Shown piece after piece: positions 34,535 through 45,149 of a stretch of 64,000 nucleotides of DNA (the first letter of the stretch is position 1; every line of letters begins with the position of its first letter). A program made the position numbers and the translations under genes. The notes beneath the pieces are model-generated. The model was not told where the DNA came from. It worked only from the letters and a program-made list of their open reading frames with translations, and ran no database searches. Location: assembly GCF_000143415.4 (NCBI RefSeq), contig NW_003314399.1:81428-145427 (forward strand). The letters are read 5' to 3'. Source of the stretch: Selaginella moellendorffii. Taxonomy: Eukaryota > Plantae > Lycopodiophyta.

Positions 34535-36844
34535 ATGGACACAGTAGTGGTGCTGCTATTTCTTTTCCCTATGATTCTCATGGGCATGAGGTATGAGCTT
34601 CCACCTGACTGGTATTTTCGACAATTGCCAGGCAACGATCATAGAAATTATTCAGTTTTTATGAACACCACTGAAGGCTTTGAAATCGTGAAGGCCGGGG
34701 GCAAAGATATTGTCAGTGACAATGGGAATTTCTCACTTGCATCACACGATCAAGGAAAATACCTGCTATTGCATATGAATCGCTCAATCTATCCTTTATC
34801 CATTCAATTTCCGTTAGAAGATGCAGCTTCTCTAGTGTTACAAAACTCTGGAAATGTCCTCATTAATTTTTACAACGGCAGTGTGCGGCAAAGTTTCGAT
34901 TTTCCCTCAGAATTTTTCCTCCCAACCCAAATTTTGAAAACAGGAATGCGCATAATGAGCAACAACTATGAGACTCTTGTTATTGTCCAAGATGAGGGAC
35001 TGTTTTGGATTTCTCCCTCTGAGTTTTATGAAGGACAATTCCAACACCACCAACCATATCAAGCGTGGCGATTTAATTCTACATGTGAAGGCTCAACCTC
35101 AACTTTTCTTCAGTACACTGGGAGCAATTTGACCCTCTCCAATGATTGTGAGCAGCTATCATTAACGACTTCAACTGAATCAAGTACTCCTCTTTTGCCA
35201 TTCTTGCATTTTGATTCGGATGGGAGCATCACATCTTATAAGTATGAAGGAAATCAATGGATAAAGGATATTCAGCTAACGGAATCCTCAAACCAGATAA
35301 AATCATGGCCAGGAAATCCTGCATGTAAGGCTTGTTCTCAATATGAGATCTGCAATGCCGACAATGGAAGCTGCAGCTGCTTGAAGCCCGATGAACATCA
35401 AAGGTGTGAGTTATACACTTCGAATTTTGATGTAAGTTCTTGCTCCAAATTTGACTTCCTCAGACAACAATATCGTAACTACATTGTGATGAAACACAAG
35501 TTTTCTGGTATTGGATATTATAGAACTGAATTCATGCAGCCGAACCGAAGGAATTCCTCTCTAGACGAGTGCACAAACGCCTGCTTTGCTATGAATTGTA
35601 GCAGCTGTATGTCACTTATTTTCAATGGCAATACCAAGGACTGCTTCTTCATTTCTTATGATATATATGGGAGCTTCTACAAAGATGACACTACCAAAAA
35701 CATAACTCTTATCATCAAAACTCTGAAGGCTCATCATCAACCGAAACTTTACATTATAACTCTTACCATGACTTCCACAGTGATATTTCTATGCTTCCTA
35801 GCGGTATGTGCTCTTGCGTTTAATGAGCGCAAGCTCAAGTTCAATCCGGCAAAGGAGATTGAAGCATTGTTGGCTAGTCTGCAAGGCCGTTTGCCCCAGA
35901 GATTCTCATATACGGCATTGGATACTGCGACAAAAGGATATAGCACAAAGTTGGGAGCTGGGGGATATGGATCGGTTTACAAAGGGGTTTTGAGCGATGG
36001 CAGAGTTGTGGCAGTCAAGAAGCTGGACTACAGTGGAACTCAAGGGGCAAAACAGTTTGTGACCGAGATTGTTGGAATTGGAGGCATAAGTCATGTAAAC
36101 ATTGTTAAACTTTGTGGCTTTTGCATCGAGGGAGCAACACAGTGGCTGCTGGTTTACGAATTTATGCCCAATGGATCACTCGACAAATGGCTTTTCGAGC
36201 AAACTTCAGAGAATTTATGGCTCAGTTGGCAGCAGAGGATCGACATTGCCCTTGGCACGGCTCAAGGACTTGCGTATCTTCACGAGGAATGCAGGGAGCC
36301 CATACTGCACTTGGACATCAAGCCCCAAAACATTCTGTTGGACACAGAGTTTGTCGCAAAGGTGGCGGACTTTGGGATGGCAAAGCTGCTTGAGAACCGC
36401 AACGAGACGCAGGTCATGACGACCATGCGGGGCACTCCAGGCTACATGGCTCCCGAATGGCTCACACATTTCATGTCTACAAAGAGATGCGACGTTTACA
36501 GCTATGGAAAGGTGCTTTTGGAACTAATTGGGGGTCGCAGGAACATTGATCTCTCAAAGGCTGTGAACTCTGGGGACAACACTCAGCCGGACGAGAGCTG
36601 GTATTTTCCAACTTGGGTGGTGAACCAGGTGGAGAAGGGGAACTTTCTCGATGTGATTGATGAGAGGGTGAGAGCAAGTGCCAGTGAAAACTATCAGCAG
36701 GCCAAGAAAATGGTTCATCTTGCACTGTGGTGCATTCAAGACAATGCTGATGCTCGACCATCCATGAGGACAGTAGTGGAAGTGTTGCAAGGGCATTTGG
36801 ATTTGGGTTCTGCTCCTTTGGTAGCAAAAGTGGCATTTCGCTAA
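34535..36844 (+). CDS. S-domain (G-type lectin/EGF/PAN) receptor-like kinase, non-RD, intronless (RLK1)
   Basis: Signal peptide; SDNGNFSL and QSFDFPS lectin-like motifs; Cys-rich EGF/PAN region; TM helix; LGAGGYGSVYKG, HLDIKPQNILLD, DFG and GTPGYMAPEW. Confidence 0.92.
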   Translation: MDTVVVLLFLFPMILMGMRYELPPDWYFRQLPGNDHRNYSVFMNTTEGFEIVKAGGKDIVSDNGNFSLASHDQGKYLLLHMNRSIYPLSIQFPLEDAASLVLQNSGNVLINFYNGSVRQSFDFPSEFFLPTQILKTGMRIMSNNYETLVIVQDEGLFWISPSEFYEGQFQHHQPYQAWRFNSTCEGSTSTFLQYTGSNLTLSNDCEQLSLTTSTESSTPLLPFLHFDSDGSITSYKYEGNQWIKDIQLTESSNQIKSWPGNPACKACSQYEICNADNGSCSCLKPDEHQRCELYTSNFDVSSCSKFDFLRQQYRNYIVMKHKFSGIGYYRTEFMQPNRRNSSLDECTNACFAMNCSSCMSLIFNGNTKDCFFISYDIYGSFYKDDTTKNITLIIKTLKAHHQPKLYIITLTMTSTVIFLCFLAVCALAFNERKLKFNPAKEIEALLASLQGRLPQRFSYTALDTATKGYSTKLGAGGYGSVYKGVLSDGRVVAVKKLDYSGTQGAKQFVTEIVGIGGISHVNIVKLCGFCIEGATQWLLVYEFMPNGSLDKWLFEQTSENLWLSWQQRIDIALGTAQGLAYLHEECREPILHLDIKPQNILLDTEFVAKVADFGMAKLLENRNETQVMTTMRGTPGYMAPEWLTHFMSTKRCDVYSYGKVLLELIGGRRNIDLSKAVNSGDNTQPDESWYFPTWVVNQVEKGNFLDVIDERVRASASENYQQAKKMVHLALWCIQDNADARPSMRTVVEVLQGHLDLGSAPLVAKVAFR

Positions 36845-36915
36845 ACATGACTATATGTGATTGATGTTTCAAAATTATATAAACATATTATGTAGTACAA
36901 AAGTTGTGTACAAAA

Positions 36916-38860
36916 GCTTCTGTGCGCGGCGATTGGGGGCAGTGGTGCCAGGGCCGACGATAGAAACAGTGGAGATAAAGTCGGCCTCACGGCACCGGTA
37001 AGCCGGCTCAGCCCCAACAAGAAGTACAAGCTTTCCGGCGTCGATCTCGTGGATCAGCGCAGCAAAAAGGCCGTCGATGGCAAGGATCCATTTTTCGAGC
37101 TTGTCACGCTCCGGACTGGTGGGGTTTTCACGAAAGACCAGCTTGAGTCGGAGCTGGAGAACCTCGTCAACTGTGGCATGTTCCAGACCGTGGAGATGGA
37201 AGGCGTCACTCAGGCTGATGGGACTATAAAGATCAACATCAACTTTGTCGAGAGCCAGTGGCAAGCGGCGAAAAGTGTGCGGTGTATCAACGTTGGGCTG
37301 TTGGCTCAGACCAAGCAACCCGATTTTAACAGCATGACCGAGAAGCAGCAGCAGGAATATCTTGGGAAGCAAGAAGAAGAGTACAAGAAGCGGGTGAGGA
37401 AAGCCAGGAAGTGCATGCTACCGAGAAGGATCGAGCAGGAAATTTCGGGCTGGCTGTCTGCCGAGTCTCGTGTTACTGCGAGAATGCTGCAGAGAATCCG
37501 GGAGAGAATACAGAAGTGGTATCACGATGAAGGCTATGCGTGCGCTCAAGTCGTCAACTTCGGAAACCTCAATACGAACGAAATAGTCTGTGAAGTAGTG
37601 GAAGGGGACATCACAGACGTGCAAATAATGTTCCAGGACAAGATGGGGCTTCCAGTTGAAGGGAACACTCAAGTCCCTATCATAGAGAGACAGGTATTGC
37701 TTGTTTTTTTTCTCTGGTGGTTCTCATTTGTTGTTTTTGCTGGATGCAGCTTAGCTCCGGGAAGATCTTCAACATTGAAGCGGGCAAGAAAGCTTGCGCA
37801 ACATCAACAATCTTTCCCTCTTTCTAACATTGAAGTGAATCCAAGGCAGATCGAGGGAGGTATTATAGTGGAAGTGAAGTTGAAGGAGCTCGAGCAGAAA
37901 ACTGCTGAGATCAGCACCGAGTGGAGAGTGCCAGGGAATTCTGGACGTCCAACCCTGGTGAGTCACTTTATATCCAAACCGTCTTCACTGCTTATGCGGT
38001 TTCGTTGATACAGGCCTCGATCCAGCCAGGTTGTAACGTAACCTTTGAGCGTCGGAATATCAAAAGCTTAAACCGCACATTGATTTGTACTGTCACTTCG
38101 AATAATCTCTTCAATCCCCAGGTCCGGTACTTCCCTCTCAGAGCTTTTTGATATTTACGCACCGCAATGTGGATTTGTAGGATGACTTAGGATTCAAGAT
38201 GGAATATCTCGACGGTTTGACCGATCCCAGGGAGCGTACGCTCAAGGCTAGCCGTTTTAACAGTCGCAAAGTCAGTGAGGTGTTTACTGGAGGTCCCGGT
38301 TTGGAAGACGTGCCTGGTATATGGGTCAATCGAGCTTAACCGAGGTAATTGTGAAGCTTGCTTGGCTTGTTATATACTCACTACTTACCTCGTCCAGAAG
38401 TTCACCAGGCAGAGCAAGCTGACGTATGGATTTGTCATGGAGGAAGTCACAACGCGTGACGAGAACAGTGCCATTTGCACTAATGGAGCTCGCGTGCTTC
38501 CAAGCGGGGCTGGACGGTCCCCCGACTACTCACAGCGACACCGGGACTGACCGGGTGGGATTTTTCCAGGCCAATCTCACACATGACAACACGAAGTTCG
38601 TCCAATGGCTCGAGGAACATCTTCCAGGTAAGAAGTGTATGGGAAATTAGCGCTCTTTCTCACTGCTTCCTGGTATGATATTAAAACAGCTCGATCAAGG
38701 ACTGGGAAAGGTTTCCATTTTTCAATCGACACCAACTCACATTGACTCGGTTTATAAAACTGGGGACCGAAGATAGACACGGCGAGCAGCCGGTCACTAC
38801 GGAGGCTGCATTGGCGATCTTCCAAGCTATGATGCTTTCACTCTTGGAGGACCTTACTCC
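36916..38860 (+). pseudogene. TOC75 pseudogene fragment 2
   Basis: Copy of 42632-44697; the exon-1 remnant is still open, with multiple small deletions and frameshifts downstream. Confidence 0.92.
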
Positions 38861-39350
38861 TGAGATGGTTCTTTATCAGAGACCCTGCTGCTGCGCTAGA
38901 GCTACTGCTAATCTCCTAGACTCCCATCCCCTGGGGCAATGCTGCTCCATATTTGGCGCATTCTTCTCGGCGGCAACTGATCCCCTGACCGTGAAATCCG
39001 CCGCTGTCGCCCGGAGCTTCTGATACCAGCTCGACCGCTGCTCCCTTCCTCCTCACGTTTTCTTTTTTCTTTTATTTTTTGAAAATTTGTGTTAGAACCA
39101 AACCTTTTTTGTTCTTCTCTGCTTCACACGCAGTTAGAACCAAACGCCTTTGTTAGACTGTTTAGAATGGGATGAGATGTAGATGCATGCCAATGTTTGT
39201 TGTTGCATCGCATCACAACGTATTTCTTACGCTGTCTACCTACACCGAGTCAAGGTAGAAGAGTCCCACGCGGCACGACTGACTTCGGTGTGATTTATTT
39301 CAAGGCCCTATCCAGAGTTTCTCATACATTATCTCTACTTTGGCTAACAC

Positions 39351-41693
39351 ATGGACACAGTAGTGGTGCTGCTATTTCTTTTCCCTGTGATTGTCATGGG
39401 CATGAGGTATGAGCTTCCACCTGACTGGTATTTTCGACAATTGCCAGGCACCAATCATAGAAATTATTCAGTTTTTATGAACACCACTGAAGGCTTTGAA
39501 ATCATGAAGGCCGGGGGCAAAGATATTGTCAGTGACAATGGGAATTTCTCACTTGCATCACACGATCAAGAAGAATACCTGCTATTGCATATGAATCGCT
39601 CAATCTATCCTTTATCCATTCGATTTCCGTTAGAATATGCAGCTTCCCTAGTGTTACAAAACTCTGGAAATGTCCTCATTTATTTTTACAACGGCAGTGT
39701 GTGGCAAAGTTTCGATTTTCCCTCAGAATTTCTCCTCCCAACCCAAATTTTGAAAACAGGAATGCGCATAATGAGCAACGACTATGAGACTCTTGTTATT
39801 GTCCAAGATGAGGGACTGTTTTGGATTTCTCTCTCTGAGTTATATGAAGGACAATTCCAACACCACCAAGCATATCAAGCGTGGCGATTTACTTCTACAT
39901 GTGAAGGCTCAACCTCAACTTTTCTTCAGTACACTGGGAGCAATTTGACCCTCTCCAATGATTGTGAGCAGCTATCATTAACGACTTCAACTGAATCAAG
40001 TACTCCTCTTTTGCCATTCTTGCATTTTGATTCAGATGGGAGCATCACATCTTATAAGTATGAAGGAAATCAATGGATAAAGGATATTCGGCTAACGGAA
40101 TACTCAAACCAGATAAAATCATGGCCAGGAAATCCTGCATGTAACGATTGTTCTCAATATGGTATCTGCAATACCCACAATGGAAGCTGCAGCTGCTTGA
40201 AGCCCGATGAACATCAAATGTGTGAGTTATACACTCGTTCTGGGTCCTTACCAAGGGGTTTTTGGAGGGAGCATTCTTATCTAAGTTCTTGCTCCAATTT
40301 TGACTTCTTCGGAGAACAATATCCTAACTACATTGTCATGAAAGAGACGTTTCCTGATATTGGATATTATAGAACTGAATTCATGCAGCCCAACCAAAGG
40401 AATTCCTCTCTAGAGAAGTGCACAGAAGCCTGCTTTGATATGAATTGTAGCAGCTGTATGTCACTTATTTTCAATGGCGATACCAAGGACTGCTTCTTCA
40501 TTGTTCATGATATATATGGGAGCTTCTACAGAGATGACACTACAAAAAATATAACTCTTATCATCAAAACACTGAAGGCTCACCATCAACCGAAACTTTA
40601 CATTATATCTCTTACCATGACTTGCACAGTGATATTCCTATGCTTCCTAGCGGTATGTGCTCTTGCATTTAATGAGCGCAAGCTCAAGTTCAATCCGGCA
40701 AAGGAGATTGAAGCGTTGTTGGCTAGTATGCAAGGCCGTTTGCCTCAGAGATTCTCATATACGACATTGGATACTGCGACAAAAGGATATAGCACAAAGC
40801 TGGGAGCTGGGGGATATGGATCAGTTTACAAAGGAGTTTTGAGTGATGGTAGAGTTGTGGCAGTCAAGAAGCTTGACTACAGTGGAACGCAAGGGGCAAA
40901 ACAGTTTGTGACCGAGATTGCTGGAATTGGAGGCATAAGTCATGTAAACATTGTTAAACTTTGTGGCTTTTGCATCGAGGGAGCAACACAGTGGCTGCTG
41001 GTTTACGAATTTATGCCCAATGGATCACTCGACAAATGGCTTTTCGAGCAAACTTCAGAGAATTTATGGCTCAGTTGGCAGCAGAGGATCGACATTGCCC
41101 TTGGCACGGCTCAAGGACTTGCGTATCTTCACGAGGAATGCAGGGAGCCCATACTGCACTTGGACATCAAGCCCCAAAACATTCTGTTGGACACAGAGTT
41201 TGTCGCAAAGGTGGCGGACTTTGGGATGGCAAAGCTGCTTGAGAACCGCAACGAGACGCAGGTCATGACGACCATGCGGGGCACTCCAGGCTACATGGCT
41301 CCCGAATGGCTCACACATTTCATGGCTACAAAGAGATGCGACGTTTACAGCTATGGAAAGGTGCTTTTGGAACTAATTGGGGGTCGTAGGAACATTGATC
41401 TCTCAAAGGCTGTGAACTTTGGGGACAACACTCAGCCGGACGAGAGCTGGTATTTTCCAACTTGGGTGGTGAACCAGGTGGAGAAGGGGAATTTTCTCGA
41501 AGTGATTGACGAGAGGGTGAGAGCAAGTGCCAGTGAAAACTATCAGCAGGCCAAGAAAATGGTTCATCTTGCACTGTGGTGCATTCAAGACAATGCTGAT
41601 TCTCGGCCATCCATGAGGACAATAGTGGAAGTGTTGCAAGGGCATTTGGATTTGGGTTCTGCTCCTTTGATAGCAAAAGTGGCATTTCGTTGA
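39351..41693 (+). CDS. S-domain receptor-like kinase, non-RD, intronless (RLK2)
   Basis: Paralog of RLK1; 780 aa; WQSFDFPS; intact kinase motifs. Confidence 0.93.
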   Translation: MDTVVVLLFLFPVIVMGMRYELPPDWYFRQLPGTNHRNYSVFMNTTEGFEIMKAGGKDIVSDNGNFSLASHDQEEYLLLHMNRSIYPLSIRFPLEYAASLVLQNSGNVLIYFYNGSVWQSFDFPSEFLLPTQILKTGMRIMSNDYETLVIVQDEGLFWISLSELYEGQFQHHQAYQAWRFTSTCEGSTSTFLQYTGSNLTLSNDCEQLSLTTSTESSTPLLPFLHFDSDGSITSYKYEGNQWIKDIRLTEYSNQIKSWPGNPACNDCSQYGICNTHNGSCSCLKPDEHQMCELYTRSGSLPRGFWREHSYLSSCSNFDFFGEQYPNYIVMKETFPDIGYYRTEFMQPNQRNSSLEKCTEACFDMNCSSCMSLIFNGDTKDCFFIVHDIYGSFYRDDTTKNITLIIKTLKAHHQPKLYIISLTMTCTVIFLCFLAVCALAFNERKLKFNPAKEIEALLASMQGRLPQRFSYTTLDTATKGYSTKLGAGGYGSVYKGVLSDGRVVAVKKLDYSGTQGAKQFVTEIAGIGGISHVNIVKLCGFCIEGATQWLLVYEFMPNGSLDKWLFEQTSENLWLSWQQRIDIALGTAQGLAYLHEECREPILHLDIKPQNILLDTEFVAKVADFGMAKLLENRNETQVMTTMRGTPGYMAPEWLTHFMATKRCDVYSYGKVLLELIGGRRNIDLSKAVNFGDNTQPDESWYFPTWVVNQVEKGNFLEVIDERVRASASENYQQAKKMVHLALWCIQDNADSRPSMRTIVEVLQGHLDLGSAPLIAKVAFR

Positions 41694-41975
41694 TGTTTGA
41701 AATAATATAAACTTATTATGTAATACAAAAGTTGTGGTGGGATGAGGACTGAAAGTCATACAAATGGAGCCGCATATTTGAAGCAGAAAATTACCTCCAA
41801 AAACAAGTGCTTCAAGATTGCACCACTTGTGGAGACTTTTCTTTGGAAGACTGGACCATTTTTTAGCTCCGGAGACCCTTCTCCTAGAGACTGGACGACT
41901 TTTTAGCTCATGTAGTCATTCAAAGTGAATAAATTATCTTGTATTTTATGTGATCTGAATCCAAACTTCAAATTT

Positions 41976-42049
41976 GCTCTCATAGCTCAGATGGTCAGAG
42001 CACCCGTTTAGTAAGCGGGAGGTCCTGAGTTCAACTCTCAGTGAAAGCA
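41976..42049 (+). tRNA. tRNA-Thr(AGT)
   Basis: GCTCTCATAGCTCAG..., anticodon arm CCCGT-TTAGTAA-GCGGG, T arm GAGTTCAACTC, ends TGAAAGCA. Confidence 0.93.
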
Positions 42050-42210
42050 TTCAAATTAAGTCATTTTCTCTGATATGTATTTTTTGTTTTCACCAATGGA
42101 GGTTTAGGGTTTGCTGGGCGAGGATCGAAATATCTCAAAGAGCGCGAGGTAGGGTTTAGGCGATGATCCATTAGTTCGCGACAGCGGCGGAGAGTGGATT
42201 CGTGGCCGCC

Positions 42211-45048
42211 ATGCCTTGCGCCATGGTCTCCGGCCTCGCGGGGCATCACCGAGCCGTCGAATCGATCGCCTGCTCGTCCTCGTTTCCATCCTGGCAGCAG
42301 CAGCGAAAGGGGGGGATTTCCATCAAAACCAGGGCCTTCGCCCCGTGGCTCCGCTTTACCAAGCCTCCTCCTTCCTCGTCCTCAGCCTCCTCGGGTAAGA
42401 GTAGCAGCAGCAGGAGAAAATCCAGAAAGCTAGAGCCCGGCAATGGTGGATTTAAGAAAAATGTAGCTTTGGCCTCTCTAGCTTTGGGAGCCAATGCTAT
42501 GATCTTGCTGGGTGGTGGTGGTGGTGAATTTGGAGGCTTCGGTGGAGGTGGTGGAGGAGGAGGCGGCGGCGGCGGCGGTGGTGGTGGCGGAGGCTTTGGA
42601 GGAGGACCTGGTGGTGGAAATTGGCTGTGGGAGCTTCTGTGCGCGGCGATTGGGGGCAGTGGTGCCAGGGCCGACGATAAAAACAGTGGAGATTGGGATC
42701 CTCACGGTGCTAAAGTCGGCCTCACGGCACCGGTAAGCCGGCTCAGCCCCAACAAGAAGTACAAGCTTTCCGGCGTCGATCTCGTGGATCAGCGCAGCAA
42801 AAAGGCCGTCGATGGCAAGGATCCATTTTTCGAGCTTGTCACGCTCCGGACTGGTGGGGTTTTCACGAAAGACCAGCTTGAGTCGGAGCTGGAGAACCTC
42901 GTCAACTGTGGCATGTTCCAGACCGTGGAGATGGAAGGCGTCACTCAGGCTGATGGGACTATAAAGATCAACATCAACTTTGTCGAGAGCCAGTGGCAAG
43001 CGGCGAAAAGTGTGCGGTGTATCAACGTTGGGCTGTTGGCTCAGACCAAGCAACCCGATTTTAACAGCATGACCGAGAAGCAGCAGCAGGAATATCTTGG
43101 GAAGCAAGAAGAAGAGTACAAGAAGCGGGTGAGGAAAGCCAGGAAGTGCATGCTACCGAGAAGGATCGAGCAGGAAATTTCGGGCTGGCTGTCTGCCGAG
43201 TCTCGTGTTACTGCGAGAATGCTGCAGAGAATCCGGGAGAGAATACAGAAGTGGTATCACGATGAAGGCTATGCGTGCGCTCAAGTCGTCAACTTCGGAA
43301 ACCTCAATACGAACGAAATAGTCTGTGAAGTAGTGGAAGGGGACATCACAGACGTGCAAATAATGTTCCAGGACAAGATGGGGCTTCCAGTTGAAGGGAA
43401 CACTCAAGTCCCTATCATAGAGAGGGAGCTTCCTTCACAGGTATTGCTTGTTTATTTTCTCCGGTGGTTCTCATTTGTTGTTTTGCTGGATGCAGCTTAG
43501 CTCCGGGAAGATCTTCAACATTGAAGCGGGCAAGAAAGCTTTGCGCAACATTAACAATCTTTCTCTCTTTTCTAACATTGAAGTCAATCCAAGGCCGGAT
43601 GAAGAGATCGAGGGAGGTATTATAGTGGAAGTGAAGTTGAAGGAGCTCGAGCAGAAAACTGCTGAGATCAGCACCGAGTGGAGCATAGTGCCAGGGAATT
43701 CTGGACGTCCAACACTGGTGAGTCACTTTATATCCAAATGATCTTCACTGCTTATGCGTTTTTGTTGATACAGGCCTCGATCCAGCCAGGTGGTAACGTA
43801 ACCTTTGAGCATCGGAATATCAAAGGCTTGAACCGCACATTGATTTGTACTGTCACGTCGAATAATCTCTTCAATCCCCAGGTCCGGTACTTCCCTCTCA
43901 GATCTTTTCGATATTTACGCACCGCAATGTGGATTTGTAGGATGACTTAGGATTCAAGATGGAATACGTGCACCCGTATCTCGACGGTGTGACCGATCCC
44001 AGGGAGCGTACGCTCAAGGCTAGCTGTTTTAACAGTCGCAAAGTCAGTGCTGTGTTTACTGGAGGTCCCGGTTTGGAAGACGTGCCTGGTATATGGGTCG
44101 ATCGAGCTGGATTTAAAGCCGGTATAACTGAGGTAATTGTTAAGCTTTGCTTGGCTTGTTATATACTCACTGTTTATCTCGTCCAGAACTTCACCAGGCA
44201 GAGCAAGCTGACGTATGGATTTGTCATGGAGGAAGTCACAACGCGCGACGAGAACAGTGCCATTTGCACTAACGGGGCTCGCGTGCTTCCAAGCGGGGCC
44301 TTGAGCATGGACGGTCCCCCGACTACTCACAGCGACACCGGGACTGACCGGGTGGGATTTTTCCAGGCCAATCTCACACACGACAACACAAAGTTCGTAA
44401 ATGGAACACCCATTGGCTCGAGGAACATCTTCCAGGTAAGAAGTGTATGGTAAATTAGCTCTCATTCTCACTGCTTCCTGGTATGATGGTAACAGCTCGA
44501 TCAAGGACTGGGAGTCGGCTCCAGGTTTCCATTTTTCAATCGACACCAACTTACATTGACTCGGTTTATACAACTGAGGCCCGAAGATAGACACGGCGAG
44601 CAGCCACCTCCGGTTCTGGTGATCCACGGTCACTACGGAGGCTGCATTGGCGATCTTCCAAGCTACGATGCTTTCACTCTGGGAGGACCTTACTCCGTTC
44701 GCGGCTATAATCTAGGGGAGCTTGCAGCTTGCAGAAACATCCTCGAGGTATAGTTTTCTTCCTTCTTTCTTGTCCTGTGGATCCATTTTTTCCCTTCTTT
44801 CCTGCCAGACTGCGGCTGAGTTGCGAGTCCCTGTAAAGAACACGCATTGTTACGGTTTTGTGGAGTACGGAACAGACCTCGGCAGCTCCAAAGACGTGCG
44901 AGGAAATCCCACCGAGTTTTTCAGGCGCGTTGGTCACGGAGGCTCGTACGGAGTTGGAGTGAAGCTGGGACTCGTGAGAGCGGAGTACGCCAGAGACTGT
45001 AACGCGGGTTCTGGAGCATTGTATGTTAGATTTGGAGAACGATTTTGA
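42211..45048 (+). CDS. TOC75: Chloroplast outer envelope translocon Toc75 (Omp85 family); exons 42211-43440, 43497-43717, 43774-43881, 43941-44132, 44187-44435, 44496-44747, 44809-45048
   Basis: Transit peptide with polyglycine stretch; WYHDEGYACAQVVNFGNL; GGPYSVRGY; C-terminal FGERF; GT-AG introns of ~55-60 bp. Confidence 0.95.
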
Positions 45049-45149
45049 TTTGAGTGCGAGGGATATTTTTGTTCTTCTCTTTCTTTATTATTCTTTAGAT
45101 TCTCTCTTCTAAAAGCTTATACATCACCCCGGAAGTTTGGACAAGCAAG

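Noticed and set aside
37049-38008. 319-aa ORF as a functional second TOC75
   Set aside because: No transit peptide or beta-barrel, reads through introns, and downstream exons are frameshifted.
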